Source: Candidatus Iainarchaeum sp.
GTDB taxonomy: Archaea > Iainarchaeota > Iainarchaeia > Iainarchaeales > JAAZKV01
Direction of reading: 5' to 3'
Length of the DNA: 64,000 nucleotides
Assembly: GCA_026397015.1 (NCBI GenBank)
Contig: JAPLVR010000006.1
Span: 156,081 to 220,080, forward strand
Shown: positions 1 through 9,794 of the stretch, in pieces
Position numbering within the stretch: position 1 is the stretch's first letter
Layout: the number at the start of each line of letters is the position of its first letter
The notes under the pieces: model-generated
Databases searched by the model: none
What the model saw: the letters and a program-made list of their open reading frames with translations, nothing else
Told to the model about the DNA's origin: nothing
Translations under genes and position numbers: made by a program

Positions 1-60
1 ACAATTTAAGCAAAGCGATTTTCACCGCGCACAAAAAATAGAGATTTAATTAAAATCGAA

Positions 61-255
61 TTATTGCTTTGCTTTTTGTTCTGCAAGCCTTGTGATGTAA
101 CCTGCGACAATATTCCTGCTCGGTTTTGAAAGGCCAAGCTCCATTGTATTCAGAAATTTTTTGTTCTTCTCATAGTCGCCGCCGACCTTATCCGGGAATT
201 CCCTAAGCAGGACCTCAGAGCGGTATTTCAAAGACTTTGCAACAGATTTTCCCAT
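61..255 (-). CDS. rps17e: 30S ribosomal protein S17e
   Basis: 64 aa; D-Y-E-K-N-K and S-K-x-x-R-N-x-V-A-G-Y-I-T-R signature. Confidence 0.93.
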   Translation of the reverse strand: MGKSVAKSLKYRSEVLLREFPDKVGGDYEKNKKFLNTMELGLSKPSRNIVAGYITRLAEQKAKQ

Positions 256-280
256 GAAAACACCAAATTAAACTTGCCAA

Positions 281-487
281 TTATTCCAGGTCAATTACTC
301 TTGTTTTGCCGTTGGGATACTTCCTCAAAATGCTCAGGGGCAAAACATGCTCGTTGTATTCTTTCTCGGAAACTTCAAGCATTGACATTTCCCTAGTTCC
401 CTTTACCATCGGAGGCGCGCCCAGCGAAAGCTGAAGGCTCCTCGCGGATAAAACCCTTGTCATCTCAAAACGAGTTAATCTTACCAA
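281..487 (-). CDS. rpoK: RNA polymerase subunit Rpo6/K
   Basis: LTRFE..RV.SAR.LQL..GAP and LPL.I.R..P motifs; start moved to TTG at 487 after a GGTGA SD. Confidence 0.9.
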   Translation of the reverse strand: MVRLTRFEMTRVLSARSLQLSLGAPPMVKGTREMSMLEVSEKEYNEHVLPLSILRKYPNGKTRVIDLE

Positions 488-560
488 CGGCTCACCAACA
501 AGAATAGGTTCAAGAGAAGCTTTAAAAAAGTAATCCTGAAACAAGCCCAAATGACTGTTA

Positions 561-2063
561 TTATGCCCAACGGGAATTCCGTCTCTCAATTTTTGAGCTC
601 AAAGAAAAAGCCCTTATCTCCGGCTGAGGAAGGCAGTACTCCTTCGAAAAACTCTTTGCAAGTGCAAGAGAAGAAAAGCCCCTCACAAATGCCCCTTTTT
701 GGTCGGCATAAAGAACGCGATAACCGCGTTTTTCGGAAAACTCTTTAAACTTGCAGATCGTTGATTCCTGGACAGAGTTTATCGTGCCCGCAATTGAAGG
801 CGAGAAAAATTTTGAGTTGAGATTCATCAGTTGAAAAGGAATTTCCATTAAAATTCCGCCGAGCAACCTCGCTTGAATCATGGAAAACCAGTAAACGGGA
901 TCTGTTTTGGTGAAAAGAGAATGACCGGATTTTTCAACATAAGAATTTAGCGCGACAATTTCAGAATTTATCCCGGAAATTTCTTTTGAAAAAAAGCTTT
1001 CCTCGTTTTTGCAGAACCAGCTTAGCAAATGGTTCTTTCCAAACGACGCCTTTTCATTTGTGAGAAGGCGCTTTGCGTCGCCCAGAGGCACTAATTCTTT
1101 TTGCCCGTTAAAAAAAGGCCCGACAGGATAGTTTTTCAAAAAAAACTCCCTTCTTTTCTCCAAGCGAGCTTCATGGAACGGCTTTTCATCGTGAAATTTT
1201 TTTGAAAAATTGTTTGAAGAGCTCTCAAAAAAAACCGCGTCTTCATTAAATATTACTTCAATCATCGAATCCGGGTAAAGATTTTTGTCGTCAACTGTTA
1301 TTGGGGAACAGCAGGAACAATTCTTTGTCTCCAGACCAATATTGAAAAAATTTTTGGTGAACATTTGAGCCCACACCGGAGAAAAATCTATTTCAGAGAT
1401 ATTTTCATAGTGGCCGAGCGGGGCAAACTCTTTTACGGCATAAAATTTTTCATTTTCTTTGAATGTAAATGGCATGCCTGTTTTGAAATACATATTCTCC
1501 AGAAAAATTTCGGTGGCGTCCTTTGAAGATTCCGGTGCATTTTCCATTTTTACCGAAAGAATGCGTGAGAGCGCCGCTTTTTCCACGAGCGCGACCGTTC
1601 CGTCTTCATCAATTCGAACCGCTTCGCCGAAAGGAATTTTTTTTGTCAGAAAAAAACCGATATCGGAAAAATAATTTTTTGTTTTCATCGGGCCGAAATC
1701 TGTGAGTTCGAATTCGTCAAAAAATTTCCATTTATTTTCCAGCAAAAATTGCCTTTCCGGTTCGAGGAGCAGCGGCTTTTCTCCAAAGGCTCGTGCGAAA
1801 ACATTCGATATTTTTTTTAGTTCTGAAAATGAAACGGTTTCGATGCGCTTCTTCTCATTTTCCCCCGAAACCTTAAATTTTTTGATGCCAAGGGAGAGCA
1901 GCAAATCTTCAAGCTGTCCGTTCGAAAGCTTCGTGGAGAAATTAATGAAAGGAAAAAAGGTAAAGCGGTGCGCTGCCTTTTTGCTTTCGTCCGAGAACTC
2001 GGCAAGAACCTGCTGCTTCTCCTCGCGGTACGCTACATTAGTCAAGTAAGCGTGTGTTGGCAT
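561..2063 (-). CDS. Inactivated family B DNA polymerase (PolB2-like)
   Basis: Degenerate motif A EIDFSPVW...NIGLETKNCSCC; motif C reads VLYADQKG instead of YGDTDS. Confidence 0.7.
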   Translation of the reverse strand: MPTHAYLTNVAYREEKQQVLAEFSDESKKAAHRFTFFPFINFSTKLSNGQLEDLLLSLGIKKFKVSGENEKKRIETVSFSELKKISNVFARAFGEKPLLLEPERQFLLENKWKFFDEFELTDFGPMKTKNYFSDIGFFLTKKIPFGEAVRIDEDGTVALVEKAALSRILSVKMENAPESSKDATEIFLENMYFKTGMPFTFKENEKFYAVKEFAPLGHYENISEIDFSPVWAQMFTKNFFNIGLETKNCSCCSPITVDDKNLYPDSMIEVIFNEDAVFFESSSNNFSKKFHDEKPFHEARLEKRREFFLKNYPVGPFFNGQKELVPLGDAKRLLTNEKASFGKNHLLSWFCKNEESFFSKEISGINSEIVALNSYVEKSGHSLFTKTDPVYWFSMIQARLLGGILMEIPFQLMNLNSKFFSPSIAGTINSVQESTICKFKEFSEKRGYRVLYADQKGAFVRGFSSLALAKSFSKEYCLPQPEIRAFSLSSKIERRNSRWA

Positions 2064-2085
2064 GAAAAGTGGTTTATTTTCTTTT

Positions 2086-2122
2086 ATTTAAAAAGGCTTT
2101 GAGGGTTCCATGCCGGTGGAAC
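2086..2122 (-). promoter_or_regulatory. Conserved box (TTCCACCGGCATG) plus BRE/TATA of the polB-like gene
   Basis: Minus strand ttccaccggcatggaaccctcaaagcctttttaaat; same layout as at radA and nurA. Confidence 0.7.
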
Positions 2123-2477
2123 CGAAAAACCTGGTTCGGCGGATTTTGCCCCGCATCCTTCTTGTCGGCAGATGTTTCATCCGAAAAAGTCTTAGAGAAG
2201 CTTTTGGATCGGCAACATTTCTTGCAACGGTTTTGAAAACGGAGCCGCTTCTTCTGAGGCGGGCATCTTCTTTCGCTTTTCTCGCAAATTGTTCCCGAAT
2301 TGATTTTGAAAACAAATCAACTTTTTGTTCGCGCGACAACTTTGAAGGTTTTGTTCGAAATGGTGCAGCGTCGCGAGCCCGCCACGCGCCGAATACTTCC
2401 TTCACGGCGGCGTCTGCCCGCGCATGTTCACGAACGCTTTGATTAAGTCTTCTTCTGAAAAGCGCCCTTCTCACCAT
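2088..2477 (-). CDS. Arg/Lys-rich hypothetical protein
   Basis: ATG with aggag SD; fills the gap between herA and polB; very basic. Confidence 0.6.
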   Translation of the reverse strand: MVRRALFRRRLNQSVREHARADAAVKEVFGAWRARDAAPFRTKPSKLSREQKVDLFSKSIREQFARKAKEDARLRRSGSVFKTVARNVADPKASLRLFRMKHLPTRRMRGKIRRTRFFGSTGMEPSKPF

Positions 2478-2576
2478 TCAATCTCCTAATGAGAATTCGG
2501 TCTTTGAAGGATATAAATTTTTTGGGTGCCGCTTAAATGGGTTTTTAATCCGAATAAAAAAATGTCAAGCCAAAAA

Positions 2577-4157
2577 TCACAAAAAAGTGTCCGCCTCATC
2601 TTCCGCCGATTCCTGCGAGGCGGCATACATTTTCGCGGCTTCCTCAAGCGAAAACTCGTGCTTGCTCGGCTGCGACTTTCTGTTGCGCACCCTGAAAAAG
2701 GTCGGCGCATTAACTGCCTCGCCCAAAAGCAACGCTTCACCTACACGAAGGGAAGAGACAAGGTCCATGCTAGATTTGTCAAGGGCTTCGCTGCTCTGTG
2801 CAATATGATCCAAATCGTAGGGATTGGTTATTCGCAAAATTACATTAGTATTGCAGTTTGCAAGAGTTGTAGTGTCAAGGTGCTTTGGGCGCTGGGAAAT
2901 TATCACAAGAGAGGCGCCGAACTTCCTTCCTTCTCTTGCAATCGTCCGCAGTATTCCCTTTGCAATCGCATGCTCTTCCCCCGTTTTTTCAGGGATGAAG
3001 TTATGCGCCTCTTCAAGGAAAAGAGAAAAGGGCGGAACTCTTTTGGAACGCCTTGAATGGAACAATTTGTGCGCAAAGTAAGCGACAATTATCTGTTTCT
3101 TGCGCTGTGAAATAATCCCGCTTAAGTCGATTACCGTTAACTGCCCGGATTTAACCAAATCTAAAACGCTTGGGTTGTCAATCTTTGAAAACAAATCCAA
3201 GTCTTCGAGCTCGCCGACGGTTGCCAAAATCGTTGAAGCGGTTTTTTCATTCAAATCCGACTGCATCACCTCTGTTTTAATTGTGTTTAAATCGAAGGGA
3301 CCGACACCAGATTTCATCTCCGAAGAAAGTTTTGAAATTATTGAGGAAAGGTCGCGCCTTTGGGGCGTTGAAAGTTTCGGCAAAATCATTGAGAGAAACG
3401 CAGAGTCAAGTTTTGAAGCCGCAATCTTAACTTTTGAAGCGTCAACAATCCGCGTTTTCGAAGAAAAATCAACATATTTTTTATCCTTCACGGGCTCGCC
3501 GAAACACGTGTACTCGCCGTGAATATCAAAAACAATTACTGCCACCTGCCCCTGTTCTTTTTTCCGCGAAAGCAATTCTTCTATCAGCGACGCGGCGAAA
3601 ACAGATTTTCCTGCTCCGCTCAACGCAAGGACTGCAAGATGCTTTTGCAGCAAACGGGAGAGATTTGGCGAAACTTCAACGTTGTGAAATTGCATCGTTC
3701 CAAGCTTCAATCCCTCGTTGTCGAAACCCAAAAATTCTGTCAACCGCGAATCATCAGCCTTGAAAACTTTTGTTCCGGGAGAAGGGGGAAAGGTGGTGCG
3801 CTCAACAATAACTTTTCCTTCGGAATTTTTTTTGAACACACCGAGCGGCTTCGCCTTTCCGAGCAAAAACTCCCATTCGGCGGTCGGAAACTTCCTCTCC
3901 AACTCCTCTCCGATTTCTTTAACGGAATCAGGGCGCTCAAAATACTTATTCGTTTTTATCACATCATTTATGCGGCAAATCATTGTGCCCTCCGAATACT
4001 CGAGCTCGACAAACATCCCTTTGTGCGCCTTTCCGTTGTTAACGACAAAATCGACGGTTGAGGGCGAAGGGCCTTCGAAAGTGGAAACCACTGTTCCCAA
4101 AACTTCCCTTGCACCTTCAGCATTTTTGCCACTCGTTTCTTTTACTTTCACAACCAT
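2577..4157 (-). CDS. herA: HerA DNA helicase/ATPase
   Basis: HAS barrel, HLAVLALSGAGKS Walker A, DIHGEY, EEAHNF, AREGRKFG, SQRP. Confidence 0.92.
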   Translation of the reverse strand: MVVKVKETSGKNAEGAREVLGTVVSTFEGPSPSTVDFVVNNGKAHKGMFVELEYSEGTMICRINDVIKTNKYFERPDSVKEIGEELERKFPTAEWEFLLGKAKPLGVFKKNSEGKVIVERTTFPPSPGTKVFKADDSRLTEFLGFDNEGLKLGTMQFHNVEVSPNLSRLLQKHLAVLALSGAGKSVFAASLIEELLSRKKEQGQVAVIVFDIHGEYTCFGEPVKDKKYVDFSSKTRIVDASKVKIAASKLDSAFLSMILPKLSTPQRRDLSSIISKLSSEMKSGVGPFDLNTIKTEVMQSDLNEKTASTILATVGELEDLDLFSKIDNPSVLDLVKSGQLTVIDLSGIISQRKKQIIVAYFAHKLFHSRRSKRVPPFSLFLEEAHNFIPEKTGEEHAIAKGILRTIAREGRKFGASLVIISQRPKHLDTTTLANCNTNVILRITNPYDLDHIAQSSEALDKSSMDLVSSLRVGEALLLGEAVNAPTFFRVRNRKSQPSKHEFSLEEAAKMYAASQESAEDEADTFL

Positions 4158-4169
4158 AAAAAACCCCTC

Positions 4170-4838
4170 TCATTTTTTGTTAAGCTCTCCCAAAATTCTG
4201 AAAATTTCATCCAAAGACTTTATTCTGAACTCGGCTTTTATGCCGTGATCACTTTGAATGCGAACCTTCCTTTCAATAATACAATTATGCATGCCGACAG
4301 CACCAGCACCCCCCGCATCCGAAGCCGGAGTATCGCCAACCATCAGACATTCATTTGGTTTAACGCCAAAATGGTTCATTACAAATTCAAAATTTTTTGT
4401 GCTGGGTTTCAAGTCTCCGACAACAAAGCTATACGCTAAAAGGTCAAAATAATCCTTCAAATGGAGTTTTTCTTCGACTTCTTTCATATTGAAGCTTTCA
4501 GTATTGGACAATAAAGCCAACTTGTAGCCCTGTTTCTTAATTTTTTTAAGAGCATTTTCAACATCTGGAAAATAATAAATCTTATCAAACCGGTTGAAAT
4601 AAATTTCATAGAGGGCTTCTTCCAATAACACATTGTCTGCTTCGCCGAATTCCACAAAAAAATCCCTCCGAAGTTCTTCAAACGAACCATATTTTTTTAA
4701 CTGCACCGCACGCTCATAACGCAAAATAAAATCATCTATATCAAAACTCCCTTTTTTCAGAAGAAACCGCAAATGCACGAAATCAATCGTTGGAGGAATG
4801 AGCGTATTCCACAAATCAAAAATCACAACCTTAATCAT
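4170..4838 (-). CDS. HAD-superfamily hydrolase
   Basis: FDLWNTL motif I, LSN, KP, MVGD...D. Confidence 0.9.
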   Translation of the reverse strand: MIKVVIFDLWNTLIPPTIDFVHLRFLLKKGSFDIDDFILRYERAVQLKKYGSFEELRRDFFVEFGEADNVLLEEALYEIYFNRFDKIYYFPDVENALKKIKKQGYKLALLSNTESFNMKEVEEKLHLKDYFDLLAYSFVVGDLKPSTKNFEFVMNHFGVKPNECLMVGDTPASDAGGAGAVGMHNCIIERKVRIQSDHGIKAEFRIKSLDEIFRILGELNKK

Positions 4839-4872
4839 TTTTTCACCATCAGCTGCCTGCCAAAAAATTTTT

Positions 4873-5964
4873 TCACCCGAAGGGGCGCGCATTCCTGCGG
4901 AGCATAATCTTCGCTCCGACCTTATCGATTAATTTCTCGTAAATAATATTAATCTCATTTGGGCTAAGCCGCGCCCTCAAATCCGCCTCAATCAAAACAC
5001 TTGGAAAAACATACTCCTTGTGCAAAGCACTCAAAGAAAAAACAACTTCGGCAATTTCGTCCGCACAACCCTTCAAATCCGCTATAGAATTTTTTTTGCA
5101 AATGAACTCGACCCTCAGAGGCTTGTCAAATTTCGAAACCTTCAGGTAAAAAACAAAAATGCTTTCAGACCATTCCTTTGAATAATCCTTCAGAATTGCA
5201 TGGTTATCAGTATTTTTTGTGTAAGGGAAAGCGAATGTTCTTTCGCCCTCGTTCAAAAAATAATCCAAAAAAATCGAGTCGAAGGTTTTTTCGAGCGTAT
5301 TCGGTGCAACTGAAACTCCCTTGGCTTTCGGAAGGATTTCCTCGCGCATTATTTGATTAAACCTTGAGCCCCTCGAATCCTCAACACACGCAATCAAAGT
5401 GCAGCTGTTTTTCTCCGCAATCTTGTAGAGGATTTGAAAGTGTTCGACAATCGATTTGTAATCTTCATTTATTGCGGATTCCCTGCGCGGCTTGTCCTGG
5501 TACTGCGGAACGATTGAGCCGTCGATGAAAAAATATTTTGGCTTAAATTTTTCAATCACCTCGATTGAAAGGGAAACTTCCTTGCGCAAACGCTCTAAGG
5601 AAGTGCTCTGCCCGACCTCGTCATTTTCAAGCGAAGAGCGGAGCATAATCGGTTCGGGAAAGGAAACTATTTTCGGAAAATAAGCGGAGCTTTGAAGCAA
5701 CCCCTTATCATATTCAAAAACCACCCCTGCTGTTTTAATCAGCAGCAAATCAAGGAAAGCAAGTTTTTTCGGGGCGAAGCCGGAATCAACTCCCGCAACT
5801 ACTGCTGAAAGTTGCTCGCGCGCAACTGTTTCGACAATTTTTTCCCCGGAATTCGGCGCATTTTGAAATTTCAAATAAGAAAGTTTGTTTCCCAACGATT
5901 CGTGGAACGAATGATACTGCTGAATAGCAGAAACTGCCCTATCCATAAAATCGTTGATGGCCAT
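4873..5964 (-). CDS. nurA: NurA 5'-3' nuclease
   Basis: AGVDSG, E-R, FIDGS, P..L.EAD..AR; co-oriented with herA. Confidence 0.88.
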   Translation of the reverse strand: MAINDFMDRAVSAIQQYHSFHESLGNKLSYLKFQNAPNSGEKIVETVAREQLSAVVAGVDSGFAPKKLAFLDLLLIKTAGVVFEYDKGLLQSSAYFPKIVSFPEPIMLRSSLENDEVGQSTSLERLRKEVSLSIEVIEKFKPKYFFIDGSIVPQYQDKPRRESAINEDYKSIVEHFQILYKIAEKNSCTLIACVEDSRGSRFNQIMREEILPKAKGVSVAPNTLEKTFDSIFLDYFLNEGERTFAFPYTKNTDNHAILKDYSKEWSESIFVFYLKVSKFDKPLRVEFICKKNSIADLKGCADEIAEVVFSLSALHKEYVFPSVLIEADLRARLSPNEINIIYEKLIDKVGAKIMLRRNARPFG

Positions 5965-6002
5965 GAAGTCAGCCAATAAAAACAATATAGAAGGAATTCT
6001 TT

Positions 6003-6040
6003 AATATAAAAAGGTTTGGAAGGGTGCGTGCCAGTGGAAA
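6003..6040 (-). promoter_or_regulatory. Conserved box (TTTCCACTGGCACG) plus BRE/TATA of nurA-HAD-herA
   Basis: Minus strand tttccactggcacgcacccttccaaacctttttatatt. Confidence 0.7.
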
Positions 6041-6061
6041 AATCTAATGGTTTTGCCAGGG

Positions 6062-6112
6062 CTTTTTTCGCCGGCCCTTGTTTTTCGCCAGCCTTTTTCG
6101 AAAAAAGGCTGA
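6062..6112. repeat. Palindromic mini-element (GCC-T5-loop-A6-GGC + GGCGAAAA), intergenic copy
   Basis: Minus strand cagccttttttcgaaaaaggctggcgaaaaa; matches the 5' part of both tRNA-Gly introns. Confidence 0.65.
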
Positions 6113-6146
6113 TAAGAAGATTTGCAGGGAGACGTGCCGGTGGAAA

Positions 6147-6395
6147 CTAAAAACCAATTTCTCTTAAAATTTCCTTGGCCTTTTCAGGGGTTAAGCCGTG
6201 CCCCAAAAGATAGCTTTCTACGTAACCCTTCGAAACCCCCTTCCGCCTAAAAAAGCCAGCATCAATCTTTCTTCTCAAAAGAGTTTTTGCAGGGTCTTTG
6301 GTACGAATGGCTCGTACCAAAATCCTGGAAACAGGCGACCCTCCATGATGCGGCTTACCGCCGGGAAACCCTCTTGGTTTTACTACAGGACACAT
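6147..6395 (-). CDS. Small basic hypothetical protein
   Basis: 82 aa ORF with its own boxed promoter at about 6461-6496. Confidence 0.55.
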   Translation of the reverse strand: MCPVVKPRGFPGGKPHHGGSPVSRILVRAIRTKDPAKTLLRRKIDAGFFRRKGVSKGYVESYLLGHGLTPEKAKEILREIGF

Positions 6396-6502
6396 ATGAG
6401 ATAACCACTGTAGAGGAAATATAAATGCTTTTCCATTCTGTTAGCCCTAACTAATTTTCAATAAAAAAAGGTTTCCGGGCGGCGTGCCGGTGAAATCCCA
6501 AA

Positions 6503-7255
6503 TTAACTCCGAGTTGAAATCGCCCTTTTCCTAATTTCAAGTATTTCTGTCCACGTCGTTGGATTCTCGGTAACCAGACGCGCCAAAAAACTTTTCGAAC
6601 ATTTTTGTCCCCATTCCATCTTAAGCCGCACAGCTACAAGAGCTGAACGGAGCCCCAAAATAGCTTCAGCTTTATAATTTTTTACTGGAAAAAACGGCCC
6701 AAACTCAAGATCTTTTATTTTTTTTGATTCGTAGCTTCCGGTCAAAAAATTACTTTGCGCAAACGGATTAAGGCGATTAACGAATAAATCTTGGAAAGTA
6801 AAAGCATAAGCGGCGACTTCATTTCCGCCAAGAATATGAACAAACTCGTGATTCAATAACTCAATAGTCTCAGGGCGCCTCAAAGACCTTTCAGGAACAA
6901 AAATGTGCATACCTTTATTAGTCCGAAATCCGGCCGCTTCCATTTCGCCAGATGCAAACGACAAAGTTGAAAAAATATCGTCAGGAACGATACAAACCCT
7001 TTGAATTAATTTCTGCACTAACACTTTATTATTGCCCAAACCGAGAACCGAAAGAACGCTTCTCGCCTCTTTTCGAAGAGGCGCCGAGAAAGGGCGCCTG
7101 TATCTTTCACGACCATATTTTTGCAAAACCTTGGCCCTTATCCCATTCTGTGCAGCCGATAGGGGATTCATTAGTAATGGATTTTTGGGCTCACGCTTAC
7201 CCATTACTGCTAAAAACTTTTTCGCCCCTTGGGAAGAGCGAGCCGTTGAAACCAT
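6503..7255 (-). CDS. Basic hypothetical protein with HExxH (zincin-like) motif
   Basis: LNHEFVHILGGNEVAAY; start moved to MVSTARS because the longer ORF overlaps a tRNA. Confidence 0.6.
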   Translation of the reverse strand: MVSTARSSQGAKKFLAVMGKREPKNPLLMNPLSAAQNGIRAKVLQKYGRERYRRPFSAPLRKEARSVLSVLGLGNNKVLVQKLIQRVCIVPDDIFSTLSFASGEMEAAGFRTNKGMHIFVPERSLRRPETIELLNHEFVHILGGNEVAAYAFTFQDLFVNRLNPFAQSNFLTGSYESKKIKDLEFGPFFPVKNYKAEAILGLRSALVAVRLKMEWGQKCSKSFLARLVTENPTTWTEILEIRKRAISTRS

Positions 7256-7302
7256 GTTTAATTTATGCAAAAGGGCATATTTATTGATTTGTATCCAAAA
7301 AA

Positions 7303-7373
7303 TGGACCGTGCGGGAATCGAACCCACATCGAATCAATGCCATTGATCCAGCCTACCTTTGGCAGAACGGCCC
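7303..7373 (-). tRNA. tRNA-Ala(GGC)
   Basis: Acceptor GGGCCGT/ACGGTCC with G3:U70; anticodon stem GATCA/TGATT, loop ATGGCAT; T-loop TTCGATT. Confidence 0.85.
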
Positions 7374-7475
7374 CGACACGAAAAATAATCTGGGAAAAAT
7401 TATTAAAGCACACCAATCAACACATTCCCGGCCGCACCAAACCATTTAAATACCTTCATATGAAGAATAATTCAT

Positions 7476-7796
7476 ATGAAAGTGGAGTCATTTGAACAGG
7501 CCTGCGGGCTCAACTGCTTCGAGATCTTGGGGAACAAACTCAGGGTTTCAATAATAAAATCCCTCATAAAAAAACCGAAAACAGTGCAGAAACTTTGCGA
7601 CGAGCTCAAAAGGGAACAGAGCGCGGTCAGCCACGCGCTCGCGCAGCTGAGGGAATGCAATTTTGTGGATTACAAAAGAAAGGGAAAAGAGAAAGAATAC
7701 TTTCTCAAAAGCGGAATCTTCACCAAAAAAATGAACAAACCGCTGTTCGAAGCCATTGAAGAGCACGCAAAGAAACACTGCAGAGTGAGACGATGA
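7476..7796 (+). CDS. ArsR-family transcriptional regulator
   Basis: F..LGN..R..I, QSAVSHAL..L...FV...R.GK...Y; first gene of the iscSU operon. Confidence 0.88.
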   Translation: MKVESFEQACGLNCFEILGNKLRVSIIKSLIKKPKTVQKLCDELKREQSAVSHALAQLRECNFVDYKRKGKEKEYFLKSGIFTKKMNKPLFEAIEEHAKKHCRVRR

Positions 7797-8989
7797 AAAA
7801 ACCGAAGGAAATTTACCTGGATTACAGTGCAACGACGCCTGTGCGCGAAGAAGTGCTGAAAGAGGCGCTGCCTTACTTTTCGGAAAAATTCGGGAACCCG
7901 AGCAGTTTCCATTCACGAGGATTAGAAGCGAAAAATGCGATTGAAAGCGCGAGAAAAAGAATCGCGAAGATTTTGAATTGCGAAGCGGAGGAAATAATTT
8001 TCTGCGGAAGCGGAACAGAAAGCATAAACCTTGCAATAAAAGGAATTGCTTTCCGCGAGCTGGCGAAAGGAAAAAGAGGGCATTTTATTACGCAAAAAAC
8101 GGAGCACGAAGCGGTTCTAAAAACTATGGACTGGCTCAAGAGAATTGGATTTGAAATCACTTACCTCAATGTTGATGAAAACGGATTAATTGATTTGGGA
8201 GAATTGACGCGGAGCATAAAGGAAGACACTTTGTTAGTTTCAATAATGTATGCGAACAACGAAGTGGGAACAATCCAGCCAATAAAAGAAATTGCCGAAA
8301 TTTGCCACAAAAAAAATACTTTACTTCATACAGATGCATGTCAGGCGTCAGAATATTTGGATTTGAACGTAAAAAAACTGGGCGCTGATTTGATGACACT
8401 GAACGGAAGCAAGGTTTATTCGTTCAAAGGAACGGGACTGCTTTACAAAAGAAAAGAAATTGAAATTGAAGCGCTGATACACGGCGGGGGGCAGGAAAGT
8501 GGGGCGAGGTCTGGAACGGAAAATGTGCCGGGAATAGTTGCGCTTGCAAAGGCGCTTGAAATTGCGGAGTGGGAGAAAAAAAAGGAAGCAAAACGTATTA
8601 CGGCGCTGAGGGATTATTTCATTAAAAGAGTGGAAAAGGAAATTCCGAAGGCGAAGCTGAACGGGCACAGGACAAAAAGGCTTCCCAACAACGTCAACTT
8701 TTCATTCGAAGGGATTGAGGGAGAATCGCTCATACTTTACATGAATGAGGAAGGAGTAAGACTCAGCACTGGCTCCGCTTGCAGCTCAAAATCGCTGGAC
8801 CCGAGCCACGTGCTAACAGCAATGGGCATAGACCACGGAACTGCGCACGGAAGCATCAGGTTTTCGCTCGGAAAAGAAACGACAAAAAAAGAATTGGATT
8901 TTGTAATTGGAAAACTCAAGGAAAAGGTAGAATTCTTGAGGAGAATTTCCCCGGTTTGGAAAAAAGGAAAAGGAGTGAGGAAAAAATGA
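7793..8989 (+). CDS. iscS: Cysteine desulfurase IscS/NifS
   Basis: YLDYSATTP, FGNPSS, ANNEVGT, HTDACQ, GGGQE..RSGTEN, STGSACSS. Confidence 0.95.
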   Translation: MKKPKEIYLDYSATTPVREEVLKEALPYFSEKFGNPSSFHSRGLEAKNAIESARKRIAKILNCEAEEIIFCGSGTESINLAIKGIAFRELAKGKRGHFITQKTEHEAVLKTMDWLKRIGFEITYLNVDENGLIDLGELTRSIKEDTLLVSIMYANNEVGTIQPIKEIAEICHKKNTLLHTDACQASEYLDLNVKKLGADLMTLNGSKVYSFKGTGLLYKRKEIEIEALIHGGGQESGARSGTENVPGIVALAKALEIAEWEKKKEAKRITALRDYFIKRVEKEIPKAKLNGHRTKRLPNNVNFSFEGIEGESLILYMNEEGVRLSTGSACSSKSLDPSHVLTAMGIDHGTAHGSIRFSLGKETTKKELDFVIGKLKEKVEFLRRISPVWKKGKGVRKK

Positions 8990-9423
8990 AAGTTGAAGGG
9001 CAGGATTGGTTCTATTCAAAAACAGTTAAAGAACATTTTATGAAACCGAAAAACTTCCTGAATGATTTGAAAGAAGTCAAAGGTTTCAACGGGTACGGAA
9101 AAACCGGCAATATGAAATGCGGGGACGTAATGGAAATGTGGATAAAAGTTGCTGACGGAAGGATAAAGGGGTGCAAATGGCGGACTTTTGGGTGCGCCTC
9201 TGCAATTGCGTCCACTTCAATTCTTTCCGAAATGGTTACGGAAAAAGGCGGAATGAAAATCGAGGATGCGTTAAAAATAACGGGAAAAGAAATAATGGAA
9301 AGGCTCGGCGGATTGCCCGCGGTGAAGGTTCATTGCTCCGTGCTTGGGGACCAGGCGCTAAGAGAAGCGATAAAGGATTATGAGAAAAAACAAAGCAATA
9401 AAAAAACAAAGCAGAACAAATAA
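8986..9423 (+). CDS. iscU: Fe-S scaffold IscU/NifU
   Basis: EHF..PKN, CGD, FGCASAIAS, LP..K.HCS; ATG overlaps the iscS stop. Confidence 0.95.
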   Translation: MKVEGQDWFYSKTVKEHFMKPKNFLNDLKEVKGFNGYGKTGNMKCGDVMEMWIKVADGRIKGCKWRTFGCASAIASTSILSEMVTEKGGMKIEDALKITGKEIMERLGGLPAVKVHCSVLGDQALREAIKDYEKKQSNKKTKQNK

Positions 9424-9443
9424 TTCAAAAGAAGGGATTTGAA

Positions 9444-9785
9444 ATGGGGTCCGTGCAATACATAATTGTAAACAAAGGAATAAACATGAAAAATGGGAAA
9501 ACCTGTGCTCAGGTTGCACACGCTTCTCTTGAAGTGCTTGACAAGGTCGACCCCGAAATAATCAAGGCGTGGAGGCTTCAGGGAATGAAAAAGGTTGTAC
9601 TGAAAGTTAAGGGTGACATGGAACTGCTCGAATTGTTTGAAAGGGCAAAAAAGGAACTGCCCTGCGCGCTGATAACTGACGCGGGGCACACACAAGTTGC
9701 TGCAGGGTCGAAAACCTGTTTCGCCTGCGGGCCGGTGGAAGAGGCGAAAGGCGCGAAATATTTTAAGCACTTAAAACTGCTTTAG
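9444..9785 (+). CDS. pth2: Peptidyl-tRNA hydrolase Pth2
   Basis: GK..AQVAHAS, KKVVLKV, DAGHTQ...GS.T. Confidence 0.95.
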   Translation: MGSVQYIIVNKGINMKNGKTCAQVAHASLEVLDKVDPEIIKAWRLQGMKKVVLKVKGDMELLELFERAKKELPCALITDAGHTQVAAGSKTCFACGPVEEAKGAKYFKHLKLL

Positions 9786-9794
9786 ATATTTTAT

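Noticed and set aside
6003-6497. Replication origin made of ORB-like boxes
   Set aside because: All copies are co-oriented and spaced to TATA, others occur at radA and polB, and no cdc6 is adjacent; a regulatory role fits better, though an origin is not fully excluded
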